A stretch of 64,000 nt of DNA from Macrostomum lignano (taxonomy: Eukaryota), in NCBI GenBank assembly GCA_002269645.1, contig NIVC01001587.1:186001-250000 (forward strand). Reading direction: 5' to 3'. The notes below the pieces were generated by a model. It was not told where the DNA came from and made no database searches. It saw only the letters and a list, made by a program, of their open reading frames with translations. Below, piece after piece: positions 15,690 to 28,420 of this stretch (position 1 is the stretch's first letter; the number at the start of each line of letters is the position of its first letter). Both the position numbers and the translations under genes were made by a program.

Positions 15690-16424
15690 ATGGTGATGGA
15701 CAACCGGCCCTGTCACACTATCTACGTGAACAATCTGAACGATCGCGTGAAGAAATCCGATTTAAAAGCTGGCTTATATTACCTGTTTAATCAGTTCGGC
15801 AAGGTGGTCGATCTTGTCGCCATGAAGACGCCGAGTATGCGCGGCCAGGCATTTATTGGCTACAAAGACATCAGCCATGCCACGGTTGCTGTGCGATCTC
15901 TGCAGGGCTTCCTGCTGTTTGACAAGCCAATGCGGCTGCAGTTCGCCAAGCGAGACTCCACTGTTGTTAAACGGCTCAAAGGGGGCACCGCGCTTGATAA
16001 GAAATCCGCTGGCAAAGCCGCCGCCGCAGCCGCCTCAGCTGCCGCCGCCGGCTCGCAGGATGAAGCTGACAAGCGCAAGAAGAAGATCACCATCCGGATG
16101 ATGACGGACGCTGAATCGGCTGCTGCCGCCGCATCGGCCGCTGCCGCTTCATCTGAGGCTGAAGAGCCAATGGAGGAACAGGAAGGAGAGGCCAACAATG
16201 TGCTGCTATTGAACAACCTACCCGACGAGACCACTGCCGAGATGTTGCAGATGTTGTTCTCTCAGGTGGACGGACTTAAAGAGGCCAGGTGCATCGATGG
16301 CCGGCCCGATGTGGCTTTTATTGAATACGAGACCGAGGAGCAGGCCAAGTCCGCCATGGACATTTATCAGGGCTTCAAAATCGATCACGAACACGCTATG
16401 CGTATCAGTTTTGCCAAGAAGTAG
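15690..16424 (+). CDS. SNRPB2: U2B''/SNF-like snRNP protein (two RRMs), intronless paralog
   Basis: RRM1 PCHTIYVNNLNDRVKK..YLFNQFGKVVDLVAMKTPSMRGQAF..LQGFLLFDKPMRLQFAK; RRM2 NNVLLLNNLP..RPDVAFIEY..MRISFAKK. Family is certain; the U2B'' assignment rests on the VAxKT motif. Confidence 0.82.
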   Translation: MVMDNRPCHTIYVNNLNDRVKKSDLKAGLYYLFNQFGKVVDLVAMKTPSMRGQAFIGYKDISHATVAVRSLQGFLLFDKPMRLQFAKRDSTVVKRLKGGTALDKKSAGKAAAAAASAAAAGSQDEADKRKKKITIRMMTDAESAAAAASAAAASSEAEEPMEEQEGEANNVLLLNNLPDETTAEMLQMLFSQVDGLKEARCIDGRPDVAFIEYETEEQAKSAMDIYQGFKIDHEHAMRISFAKK

Positions 16425-16475
16425 TGTGCTCATTGTCTGCTCCTGCTGCAATTAATTCCCTACTGTAGTCATTGG

Positions 16476-16947
16476 GCCTTCCCACACCCCAGTACTGAGC
16501 CTTCCCACACCCCAGTACCGAGCCTTCCCACACCCCAGTACCGAGCCTTCCCACACCCCAGTACTGAGCCTCCCCCACACCCAGTACTGAGCCTTCCCAC
16601 ACCCCAGTACTGAGCCTTCCCACACCCCAGTACCGAGCCTTCCCACACCCCAGTACCGAGCCTTCCCACACCCCAGTACCGAGCCTTCTCCACACCCCAG
16701 TACTGAGCCTTCTCCACACCCCAGTACCGAGCCTTCCCACACCCCAGTACCGAGCCTTCCCACACCCCAGTACTGAGCCTCCCCACACCCAGTACTGAGC
16801 CTTCTCCACACCCCAGTACTGAGCCTTCCCACAACCCATTACAGAGCCTTCCCCACACCCAGTACTGAGCCTTCCCACACCCCAGTGCCAGTACTGAGCC
16901 TTCCCACACCCCAGTGCCAGTACAGAGCCTTCCCCACACCCCAGTAC
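16476..16947. repeat. 23-bp minisatellite CCTTCCCACACCCCAGTACTGAG, just 3' of the U2B''-like stop
   Basis: About 20 copies; the next AATAAA is at 17249. Confidence 0.95.
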
Positions 16948-17584
16948 CGAGGCTGAGCCCGACCGTACATTTACACGTATTAAATACCCATTAATGATTG
17001 GGTTGTTCGTTTTTAATAATAATACTGATTTTCGTGGCAGTGATGGCGTAAACTTTGAACTTTCGCATTTCTTTGTTTGTTTTGCTATTTCTCTCCCTTG
17101 TCGTTTCATCATGTTACTCATAATGCCTTGTAGTCGTCTAATTATAGTAGGCAAGTAGGAAAATTTTCTTAATAAATTGTTTCCTAATATAAAGTCTGTT
17201 AGCTCCTTTCAACGACTTCTGTTCTCTATTGTTACTTGCTTGCTCTTCAATAAAAATAACCATTTGTTTCACTTTATGACATTATTGTTTTGCCCTATGT
17301 TTATTTAACAAGCCAAGCGGAATTAAAAGTGTATTATTAACCTCCTTTTTCAGCAAGCAAAAATTTGGAGCAAAAGAGTTTTCTAAGTAATTGAGGCTTT
17401 ATTCATTTATTTATTTGCTTACAGTTTTGAGTAAAGACACATTCTATTTAGCCTACTTACAAGAGTAGAAAGAAGAACATTTTTTGAAACAATTATATTC
17501 GATTCGTAGCTTACTTAGACTACTGATGACAGTAGACAGTAGAACATTTTAAAATAATTGTATTGGCATAATACCCCGCTGAAG

Positions 17585-20500
17585 CTAACAGTGACCACCC
17601 TGAGCGGCGAAGGCGCCGTTGCTCAAGTGGACGCCTCGCCGGACATGACCGTGTCCGAGCTGTTGGCCGTCTGCCGCGCCGAACTCCGCATGCCGGCTGG
17701 CAACAACATAGTGCTGTTGCACAATGGCCAGCCGTTGAATTCGCCTCAGGCTAAACTAAGCCAGGCTGGCGTCACTGACGGCGATATGATTATTGCTCAG
17801 CCTATGCCTAATCAACAGCAGATGCAGCAGCAACAGCAGAGGCAGCGGCAGCAGCCGGCTCGAGGAGGTGGCGGCGGCGGCGCTGCCGGCGGAATGCCGC
17901 TTATTGATTTTTCAGGCGTTCGGCTTGGCAGCGGAGGGAGCGGCGGCAGGCAGGCGCAGCCGCAGCGCCGGTTTGAGGTCCGGAGCAGTAGGGAGTAGTG
18001 ATCATGAGGATAGGGAATGGTGATCATGAAGATAGGGAATGGTGATCATGAAGATAGGGAATGGTGATCATGAAGATAGGGAATGGTGATCATGAGGATA
18101 GGGAATGGTGATCATGAGGATAGGGAATGGTGATCATGAGGATAGGGAATGGTGATCATGAGGATAGGGAATAGTGATCATGAAGATTAGGGAGCGAGGA
18201 TAAGGGGATTATAAAAGCGCTAGGATAAGGGGATAGAATCGCTAGGATAAGGGGATAGAATCGCTGAGATAAGGGGATAGAATCGCTAGGATAAGGGGAT
18301 AGAATCGCTAGGATAAGGGGATAGAATCGCTGAGATAAGGGGATAGAATCGCTGGGATAAGAGATAGAATCGCTAGGATAAGGGGATAGAATCGCTGGGA
18401 TAAGGGATAGATACGCTAGGATAAGGGGATAGAATCGCTAGGATAAGGGGATAGAATCGCTAGGATAAGGGGAAAGAATCGCTGAGATAAGGGGATAGAA
18501 TCGCTGAGATAAGGGGATAGAATCGCTGAGATAAGGGGATAGAATCGCTAGGATAAGGGGATAGAATCGCTAGGATAAGGGGATAGAATCGCTGAGATAA
18601 GGGGATAGAATCGCTAGGATAAGGGGATAGAATCGCTAGGATAAGGGGATAAAATCGCTGAGATAAGGGGATAGAATCGCTAGGATAAGGGGATAGAATC
18701 GCTGAGATAAGGGATAGAATCGCTAGGATAAGGGGATAGAATCGCTGAGATAAGGGGATAGAATCGCTAGGATAAGGGGATAGAATCGCTAGGATAAGGG
18801 GATAGAATCGCTGGGATAAGGGGATAGAATCGCTGAGATAAGGGATAGAATCGCTAGGATAAGGGGATAGAATCGCTGAGATAAGGGGATAGAATCGCTA
18901 GGATAAGGGGATAGAATCGCTAGGATAAGGGGATAGAATCGCTGGGATAAGGGGATAGAATCGCTGAGATAAGGGGATAGAATCGCTGGGATAAGGGGAT
19001 AGAATCGCTGAGATAAGGGGATAGAATCGCTGGGATAAGAGATAGAATCGCTAGGATAAGGGGATAGAATCGCTGGGATAAGGGATAGACTCGCTAGGAT
19101 AAGGGGATAGAATCGCTGAGATAAGGGATAGAATCGCTAGGATAAGGGGATAGAATCGCTGGGATAAGGGATAGACTCGCTAGGATAAGGGGATAGAATC
19201 GCTGGGATAAGAGATAGAATCGCTAGGATAAGGGGATAGAATCGCTGGGATAAGGGGATAGAATCGCTGGGATAAGAGATAGAATCGCTAGGATAAGGGG
19301 ATAGAATCGCTGGGATAAGGGATAGACTCGCTAGGATAAGGGGATAGAATCGCTGAGATAAGGGGATTAGGGTAATGAGTCATGACAAAGACGCAGCTTG
19401 ATCGCATTGATCATTGACACCCATAAACACCAACTCCAGACTGACGAGGAAGCCTCGGCCGCGGTGGCCTCGAACCCGGAGATCCTTCGCCAAGCCCTGC
19501 TATCGATGCCCGAACAGCTGGCCGCCCTTCGCCAACAGAATCCTCAGCTGGCCGACGCCGTGTCCGACCCGGACAGATTTGCCCAGCTTGTCCGAACGGC
19601 CCAGTCTGAGCGGTCACGCGCCGCCCAAGAGCGAGCCCGCCTGATGGCCGCCAATCCGTACGATCCCCGCGTGCAGCAGGAGATTCAGAGCCTCATACAG
19701 CAGCAGAATATCGATTCCAGCATGGAAACCGCACTGGAGCACATGCCCGAGGCCTTCGCCCCCGTCAATATGCTCTACATTGATGTTAAAGTGAGCTGCT
19801 GCTGGCCACACACTGCGGACTGCTTATTCAATATAGTCAGCCTTTTCTATCCATAATCCACTGAATCTAATTCATAATCTACTGACATCTAATTCATAAT
19901 CCACTTACATCTATTCATAATCCACTGGCATCTAATCCATAATCTACTGACATCTAATTCATAATCTACTGACATCTAATTCATAATCCACTGTTATCTA
20001 ATCCATAATCCACTGTCATCTAATCCATAATCCACTTACATCTATTCATAATCCACTGTCATCTAATCCATAAGCCACTTACATCTATTCATAATCCACT
20101 GGCATCTAATCCATAATCCACTGACATCGGATCCATAATCCACTGACATCTATTCATAATCCACTGGCATCTAATTCATAATCTACTGACATCTATTCAT
20201 AATCCACTGACATCTAATTCATAATCCACTGACATCTAATTCATAATCTACTGACATCTATTCATAATCCACTGGCATCTAATTCATAATCTACTGACAT
20301 CTATTCATAATCCACTGACATCTAATTCATAATCCACTGACATCTAATTCATAATCTACTGACATCTATTCATAATCCACTGGCATCTAATTCATAATCT
20401 ACTGACATCTATTCATAATCCACTGACATCTAATTCATAATCTACTGACATCTAATTCATAATCCACTGTCATCTAATTCATAATATCCTGACATCTAAT

Positions 20501-23117
20501 TATAATCCACTGTCATCTAATTCATAATCCACTGTCATCTAATCCATAATCCACTTAAATCTATTCATAATCCACTGACATCGGATCCATAATCCACTGA
20601 CATCTATTCATAATCCACTGGCATCTAATTCATAATCTACTGACATCTATTCATAATCCACTGACATCTAATTATAATCCACTGGCATCTAATTCATAAT
20701 CTACTGACATCTAATTCATAATCCACTGGCATCTAATTCATAATCTACTGACATCTAATTCATAATCCACTGGCATCTAATTCATAATCTACTGACATCT
20801 ATTCATAATCCACTGACATCTAATTCATAATCTACTGACATCTAATTCATAATCCACTGTCATCTAATTCATAATCTACTGACATCTAATTCATAATCCA
20901 CTGGCATCTAATTCATAATCTACTGACATCTATTCATAATCCACTGACATCTAATTATAATCCACTGGCATCTAATTCATAATCTACTGACATCTAATTC
21001 ATAATCCACTGGCATCTAATTCATAATCTACTGACATCTAATTCATAATCCACTGGCATCTAATTCATAATCTACTGACATCTATTCATAATCCACTGAC
21101 ATCTAATTCATAATCTACTGACATCTAATTCATAATCCACTGTCATCTAATTCATAATCTACTGACATCTAATTCATAATCCACTTACATCTAATTATAA
21201 TCCACTGGCACCTAATTCATAATCTACTGACATCTATTCATAATCTACTGACATCTATTCATAATCTACTGACATCTAATTATAATCCACTGACATCTAA
21301 TCCATAATCTACTGACATCTAATTATAATCCACTGACATCTAATCCATAATCCACTGACATCTAATTTATAATCCACTGACATCTAATCCATAATCCACT
21401 GACATCAGATCCATAATCCACTGACATCTACTAATCGTTTAAAGATATCAAAGTCGTCAGAAGATGACCGAGAGGCATCTATAAATCAAGATACTGGTAC
21501 AATTTTTACATTAATCGCAATATTCGTGTAACTTTGGCAAACCCGCCCAGGTGAATGGCCATCCGGTGAAGGCATTCGTAGACAGCGGCGCCCAGATGAC
21601 AATCATGTCGCTGCCCTGCGCCCAGCGCTGCAACGTTGAGCGCCTGATTGACAAGCGCTGGGCGGGCATCGCCAGAGGCGTCGGCACTCAGACCATTGTG
21701 GGCAGAATTCACCTCGGCCAGCTCCAGATAGGCGGCGACTATCTCGCTTGCAACTTTAGCGTGCTGCGAGACCAGAGCATGGACCTGCTGCTGGGCCTTG
21801 ACATGCTCAAGAGGCACCAGTGCCTGCTGGACCTCAAGGTTTGTTTGTTTCTTGCTTTTATCCCCGTGCTTCCCCTCTATCAGATCCCCATGCTTCCCCT
21901 CTATCAGATCCCCCTGCTTCCCCTCTATCAGATCCCCATGCTTCCCCTCTATCAGATCCCCATGCTTCCCCTCTATCAGATCCCCATGCTTCCCCTCTAT
22001 CAGATCCCCGTGCTTCCCCTCTATCAGATCCCCATGCTTCCCCTCTATCAGATCCCCATGCTTCCCCTCTATCAGATCCCCATGCTTCCCCTCTATCAGA
22101 TCCCCGTGCTTCCCCTCTATCAGATCCCCATGCTTCCCCTCTATCAGATCCCCATGCTTCCCCTCTATCAGATCCCCATGCTTCCCCTCTATCAGATCCC
22201 CCTGCTTCCCCTCTATCAGATCCCCATGCTTCCCCTCTATCAGATCCCCGTGCTTCCCCTCTATCAGATCCCCATGCTTCCCCTCTATCAGATCCCCATG
22301 CTTCCCCTCTATCAGATCCCCGTGCTTCCCCTCTATCAGATCCCCATGCTTCCCCTCTATCAGATCCCCGTGCTTCCCCTCTATCAGATCCCCATGCTTC
22401 CCCTCTATCAGATCCCCATGCTTCGCCTCTATCAGATCCCCGTGCTTCCCCTCTATCAGATCCCTCTGCTTCCCCTCTATCAGATCCCCATGCTTCCCCT
22501 GTATCGGATCCCCATGCTTCCTCTATCCCCTATCCCAGATCCCAATTATCTTATATCCCCAATCTTCTCAGATCCCTAATCCTGTCAGATCCCCAATTCT
22601 CTCAGATCCCCAATCCTGTCAGATCCCCAATTCTGTCAGATCCCCAATCCTGTCAGATCCCATTCCTGTCAGATCCCCAATCCTCCCAGATCCCCATCCT
22701 CATAGATCCCCAATCCTCCCAGATCCCCAATCCTGTCAGATCCCCAATCCTGTCAGATCCCCAATCCTGTCAGATCCCCAATCCTCCCAGATCCCCAATC
22801 CTCCCAGACCCCCAACCCTCTGACCAGCCCCGCCCCGCCGCCCGCAGTCGAACAAGCTGGTGATCGGCACTACAGGCACAGTCGCCCCGTTTCTATCCGA
22901 GGCCGACCTGCCCGAGGACGCCCGGGCCAGCGGCGGCGGCAGCGGCGGCGAGGGCGGCAAGCCGATCACCCAGGAGTCTATCGACGCCGTCGTAGCCGGA
23001 GGTCCCGACGGTACAACAGCCGACGATGCTCGAGAAGCGCTGATGCACGCTCTAGGCGAGGTGGACGCCGCTATAGCCTTTCTGGTTGCTAAGCAGAGCG
23101 AGAGGTCCGGGCAGTGA
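17585..23117 (+). CDS. DDI1: DNA damage-inducible protein 1 (UBL - helical/STI-like - retroviral-type aspartic protease - UBA); start codon unresolved
   Basis: Exons ~17585-17977, 19440-19790, 21551-21838 and 22848-23117, all phase 0. UBL ([25 protein letters not shown]), [36 protein letters not shown], catalytic [33 protein letters not shown]-terminal UBA-like ([19 protein letters not shown]). Confidence 0.93.
18000..19367. repeat. Compound 22-bp arrays in Ddi1 intron 1 (GATCATGAAGATAGGGAATGGT, then GGATAAGGGGATAGAATCGCTA)
   Basis: Two adjacent arrays at 18000-18185 and 18198-19367. Confidence 0.95.
19852..21431. repeat. 21/22-bp minisatellite ATAATCCACTGACATCTAATTC, Ddi1 intron 2
   Basis: About 72 units. 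Confidence 0.95.
21860..22810. repeat. 24-bp minisatellite CCCCTCTATCAGATCCCCATGCTT grading into 17-bp CAGATCCCCAATCCTGT, Ddi1 intron 3
   Basis: Direct inspection. Confidence 0.95.
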
Positions 23118-23607
23118 AACAATTCTGTCCCAATCCTCACGCCGCAGGTGGGAAGACTCCGGGGAAACTGACACACTCGCTAGGGCCGAATTTCCCCTTA
23201 ATCAGTTTGACAATTATATATCTGTATATTCCGAGAGCAAACTATCCTATTGCTAATGTAAATTATTGGTTGCTCAAAAAAATTGTTACAAACAGATCAG
23301 TTTGCTGCTTATTTAATTACAATAGCTGCTTTCTAATTGCTGTTTACTCAAGCGCTTGTTGAAAACCTGCCCCCGGTTTAGCATACTATTCCTTTCCTCC
23401 GTTTGTCTCTGTTTTTTGTGTTTTTTCTAATTCTTTTTTAATTGTACCCTAGCAACACTGCGCTGGACCCTCCATTGCTAGCTGTGCGCTTATTAACGAT
23501 AATAATAAACGCAATAGGAGCGTTAAATATGGTACATATAAGTTGCCTTTTTTCATTTGCCGGATTATTGTCTTCTTAGGATCTGATTGTGGCTTCTGAA
23601 ATCACTC

Positions 23608-24200
23608 AATTCACTTATAAACTCATGAACTCGCTCATAATTCACTTATAAACTCCACGAACTCGCTCATAATTCACTTATAAACCCACGAACTCGCTCA
23701 TAATTCAATTATAAACTCATGAACTCGCTCATAATTCACTTATAAACTCATGAACTCGCTCATAATTCACTTATAAACTCATGAACTCGCTCATAATTCA
23801 CTTATAAACTCATGAACTCGCTCATAATTCACTTATAAACTCACGAACTCGCTCATAATTCATTTATAAACTCACGAACTCGCTCATAATTCATTTATAA
23901 ACTCATGAACTCGCTCATAATTCACTTATAAACTCATGAACTCGCTCATAATTCATTTATAAACTCACGAACTCACTCATAATTCACTTATAAACTCACG
24001 AACTCACTCATAATTCACTTATAAACTCATGAACTCGCTCATAATTCACTTATAAACTCATGAACTCACTCATAATTCACTTATAAACTCATGAACTCGC
24101 TCATAATTCACTTATAAACACACGAACTCGCTCATAATTCACTTATAAACTCATGAACTCACTCATAATTCATTTATAAACTTATAAATTCATAAACTCA
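23608..24200. repeat. 31-bp minisatellite ATAAACTCATGAACTCGCTCATAATTCACTT between Ddi1 and SNX3
   Basis: About 18 copies. Confidence 0.95.
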
Positions 24201-24372
24201 CTAATCGTCTTTTGGGAATTTTCTAAATTGCATGCAAAACCTGTTTTAATCAGTAAATTGAAAATTTTTAAACACAAAGACATTGTTGTAGATTTTTGCA
24301 ACAAGATTCGATAAATTAAAGTGACTATCCTGTCAGCACTACTAGCCAATCGAGCAGAGCAGCAGTAGTATA

Positions 24373-25836
24373 ATGAGCACATCGACACAGAGCGCCGCTT
24401 CAATCCAGCGACTGCAGCACAAGCGCCAGACGCTCGAGGACGCGTATTCGCCGCCCGCTAATTTTTTAGAAATCGACGTCTGCAATCCGGAGACGCACGG
24501 AGTTAACAAGGACCGCTACACGGACTATGAGGTCCGGATGCGCACTAACCTGCCCGTGTTCCGGCTCAAGGAGTCCTCGGTGCGTCGGCGCTACTCGGAG
24601 TTCGAGTGGCTTCGAGGCGAATTAGAGCGCGACTCGAAAATTGTGGTGCCGAAACTTCCAGGTGAGATTGGCTGTCACAGTTAACAGCATTGATTGGTCC
24701 TTGTCGGGAGTCAAAATCGCTTTTTATCTACCCCGAGACCCTTTGATCTTAGCCGCCAGCTAATTAGCATCACTTTGATCTCAGCCGCCACCTAATTAGC
24801 ATCACTTTGATCTCAGCCGCCACCTAATTAGCATCACTTTGATCTCAGCCGCCACCTAATTAGCATCACTTTGATCTCAGCCGCCACCCAATTAGCATCA
24901 CTTTGATCTCAGCCGCCACCTAATTAGCATCACTTTGATCTCAGCCGCCACCTAATTAGCATCACTTTGATCTCAGCCGCCACCCAATTAGCATCACTTT
25001 GATCTCAGCCGCCAACTAATTAGCATCACTTTGATCTCAGCCGCCACCTAATTAGCATCACTTTGATCTCAGCCGCCACCTAATTAGCATCACTTTGATC
25101 TCAGCCGCCACCCAATTAGCATCACTTTGATCTCAGCCGCCACCTAATTAGCATCACTTTGATCTCAGCCGCCACCTAATTAGCATCACTTTGATCTCAG
25201 CCGCCACCCAATTAGCATCACTTTGATCTCAGCCGCCAACTAATTAGCATCACTTTGATCTCAGCCGCCAGCTAATTAGTATCACTTTGATCTCAGCCGC
25301 CAGCTAATTAGCATCACTTTGATCTCAGCCGCCAACTAATTAGTATCACTTTGATCTCAGCCGCCAGCTAATTAGCATCACTTTGATCTCAGCCGCCAAC
25401 TAATTAGCATCACTTTGATCTCAGCCGCCAACTAATTAGCATCACTTTGATCTCAGCCGCCAGCTAATTAGTATCACTTTGATCTCAGCCGCCAGCTAAT
25501 TAGCATCACTTTGATCTCAGCCGCCAACTAATTAGCATCACTTTGATCTCAGCCGCCAGCTACATGTAATTAGCATTACTTTGATCTTAGCCGCCACCTA
25601 ATTAGCATCACTTTGATCCCGCAGGCAAGGCTCTCCGGCTTCAGCTGCCGTTTCGCGGCGGAGGCGACGGCCGCTTCGATGACGAATTGATCGAAGAGAG
25701 ACGCCGCGGCCTCGAGGACTTCATCAACAAGGTGGCCGGGCACCCCCTGGCCCAGAATGAGAAGTGCCTGCACATGTTCCTACAGGAGCAGACTGTTGAC
25801 AGGGGCTACGTGCCCGGCAAAGTGCGAACCACTTGA
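24373..25836 (+). CDS. SNX3: Sorting nexin-3/12 (PX domain)
   Basis: Exons 24373-24661 and 25625-25836 (phase 1). QTLEDAYSPPANFLEIDV, RYTDYEVRMRTNLPVF, VRRRYSEFEWLRGELERDSKIVVPKLPGKA, IEERRRGLEDFINKVAGHPLAQNEKCLHMFLQE. Confidence 0.96.
24741..25618. repeat. 32-bp minisatellite TTTGATCTCAGCCGCCACCTAATTAGCATCAC, SNX3 intron
   Basis: About 27 copies running up to the true acceptor. Confidence 0.95.
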
Positions 25837-26302
25837 CCTTCTGACCCAGCTATCTGGGCCTAGCGACCAACACCATCATGCATTACACTACTGAATTGAC
25901 CAAGGACTCCTAAATTCATGAGCTAACTGAAAAATAGGACTGAAGAAGATCTCAGCCAGTGGAACAAGTAGTTATTGCTAGCTAAACGTTCTTAACAGCC
26001 AGACTTCCACTCGGACCTGTTGGGTACAGAAATTGTAAAGAAAATAGTTTATTATCGATTTTCGCTTGGCTCTACTGCTAGTAAGTAGTAGGTTGAGCGA
26101 GTCTAGTTTTAGATTATTCAAGATTATTCAGAACTATGCACCGCCAGGATATTTTATCCAATTCAAGTAGACGGGTAAATTCATTTGTACTTATCTGTGT
26201 AGCATATTTGTGCGCTGTGTCATTCATTGATATTTTCGTTGCCAGTCATTTGTTGCTTTGTTGTGAATTGAGACCCAAGATTTGAAACTTGAGCTGCCGC
26301 CC

Positions 26303-27172
26303 ACAGATTCTCAGTTGCTGGGCCAGCCTCCCAGATCCTCAGTTGCTGGGCCAGCCTCCCAGATCCTCAGTTGCTGGGCCAGCCTCCCAGATCCTCAGTT
26401 GCTGGGCCAGCCTCCCAGATCCTCAGTTGCTGGGCCAGCCTCCCAGATCCTCAGTTGCTGGGCCAGCCTCCCAGATCCTCAGTTGCTGGGCCAGCCTCCC
26501 AGATCCTCAGTTGCTGGGCCAGCCTTCCAGATCCTCAGTTGCTGGGCCAGCCTCCCAGATCCTCAGTTGCTGGGCCAGCCTCCCAGATCCTCAGTTGCTG
26601 GGCCAGCCTTCCAGATCCTCAGTTGCTGGGCCAGCCTCCCAGATCCTCAGTTGCTGGGCCAGCCTCCCAGATCCTCAGTTGCTGGGCCAGCCTCCCAGAT
26701 CCTCAGTTGCTGGGCCAGCCTCCCAGATCCTCAGTTGCTGGGCCAGCCTCCCAGATCCTCAGTTGCTGGGCCAGCCTCCCAGATCCTCAGTTGCTGGGCC
26801 AGCCTTCCAGATCCTCAGTTGCTGGGCCAGCCTCCCAGATCCTCAGTTGCTGGGCCAGCCTCCCAGATCCTCAGTTGCTGGGCCAGCCTTCCAGATCCTC
26901 AGTTGCTGGGCCAGCCTCCCAGATCCTCAGTTGCTGGGCCAGCCTCCCAGATCCTCAGTTGCTGGGCCAGCCTCCCAGATCCTCAGTTGCTGGGCCAGCC
27001 TCCCAGATCCTCAGTTGCTGGGCCAGCCTCCCAGATCCTCAGTTGCTGTGCCAGCCTCCAAGATCTTCAGTTGCTGGGCCAGCCTCCCAGATCCTCAGTT
27101 GCTGTGCCAGCCTCCAAGATCTTCAGTTGCTGTGCCAGCCTTCCAGATCCTCAGTTGCGGGGCCAGCCTCCC
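26303..27172. repeat. 28-bp minisatellite CAGATCCTCAGTTGCTGGGCCAGCCTCC
   Basis: About 31 copies. Confidence 0.95.
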
Positions 27173-27835
27173 TGCCAGTACCTTTAATTAGGGATTTAAA
27201 ATCAAGTACATTTAAAGACAAAGAAGATTCCTACTGGCACCGATATTCTTGAAAACTGCAGCTGTCCAGCCGTATTTTATTCCTGCGACAACAGATCTCC
27301 CCGCTCGCTTGTCTGTCGGTCTGTGTCCCTGTGCTATTTTTGCTAATCGCTATATTCGAGAATCTCAAAAGCACCGTTCTTTTCTCACCTATGCTCTCTT
27401 TACTGATTTTTACCTTTTCTGTAGTAGTACGCAAGCTTCATTTTACTTGAGTAAAAGAAACCTTACTCGCTAAGTAGTATATAGCGACTGTTGCAGTGGA
27501 AAAGAATTGACTTCTAACGCCAGCGCTTTTGTCTCGTCTGTCTGTCTGTATGTCGATGCCGAGTTTTATCTCTAAGGATTGTTTAATAACTTTTTTATTA
27601 GTTCGTTTGCACTGGTGCCCCGCCTCCCACCTGTCTCAAGTTGAAAATAAACCGACATTAAATAATCTCTCTCTCTCTCTTGATGGACTTTCACTGTTAA
27701 TTATATTGATTTATTCGAAATCGTAAAGTGTCATAATTATCTAACGTTGCTCTTCTGTTCCTTTTTAATTAGTTTAGTTTGTTTAAATTTAATTGAAGCC
27801 CATGCAACCTGAATCTCTTGAAATCAAAAAACCCT

Positions 27836-28420
27836 AGAGAATCTCATAGAAAAATCGCCAAGATAATCTCAACAAGCCGGAGAGAATCTCAAAGAAAAAT
27901 CGCCAAGATAATCTCAACAAGCCGGAGAGAATCCCATAGAAAAATCGCCAAGATAATCTCAACAAACTCGATAGAATCACAGAAAAATCGCCAAGATAAT
28001 CTCAACTCAACAAGCCGGAGAGAATCTCATAGAAAAATCGCCAAACAATCTCAACAAACTCGATAGAATCTCAGAAAAATCGCCCAGGATAATCTCAACA
28101 AACCGGAGAGAATCTCATAGAAAAATCGCCAAGAAATCTCAACAAGCCAGAGAGAATCTCATAGAAAAATCGCCCAGGATAATCTCAACAAACCAGAGAA
28201 TCTCAGAAAAATCGCCCAGGATAATCTCAACAAGCCAGAGAGAATCTCATTGAAAGATCGCCCGGGATAATCTCAACAAATCAGAGAGAATCTCCCAGAA
28301 ATATCACCCAGGATAATCTCAACAAACCGGAGAAAATCTCCCAGAAAAATCACCCAGGATAATCTCAACAAACCCGAGAGAATCTCCCAGAAAAATCACC
28401 CAAGATAATCTCAACAAACC
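27836..28420. repeat. About 45-bp degenerate minisatellite (GAAAAATCGCCAAGATAATCTCAACAAGCCGGAGAGAATCTCATA)
   Basis: About 13 units. Confidence 0.9.
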
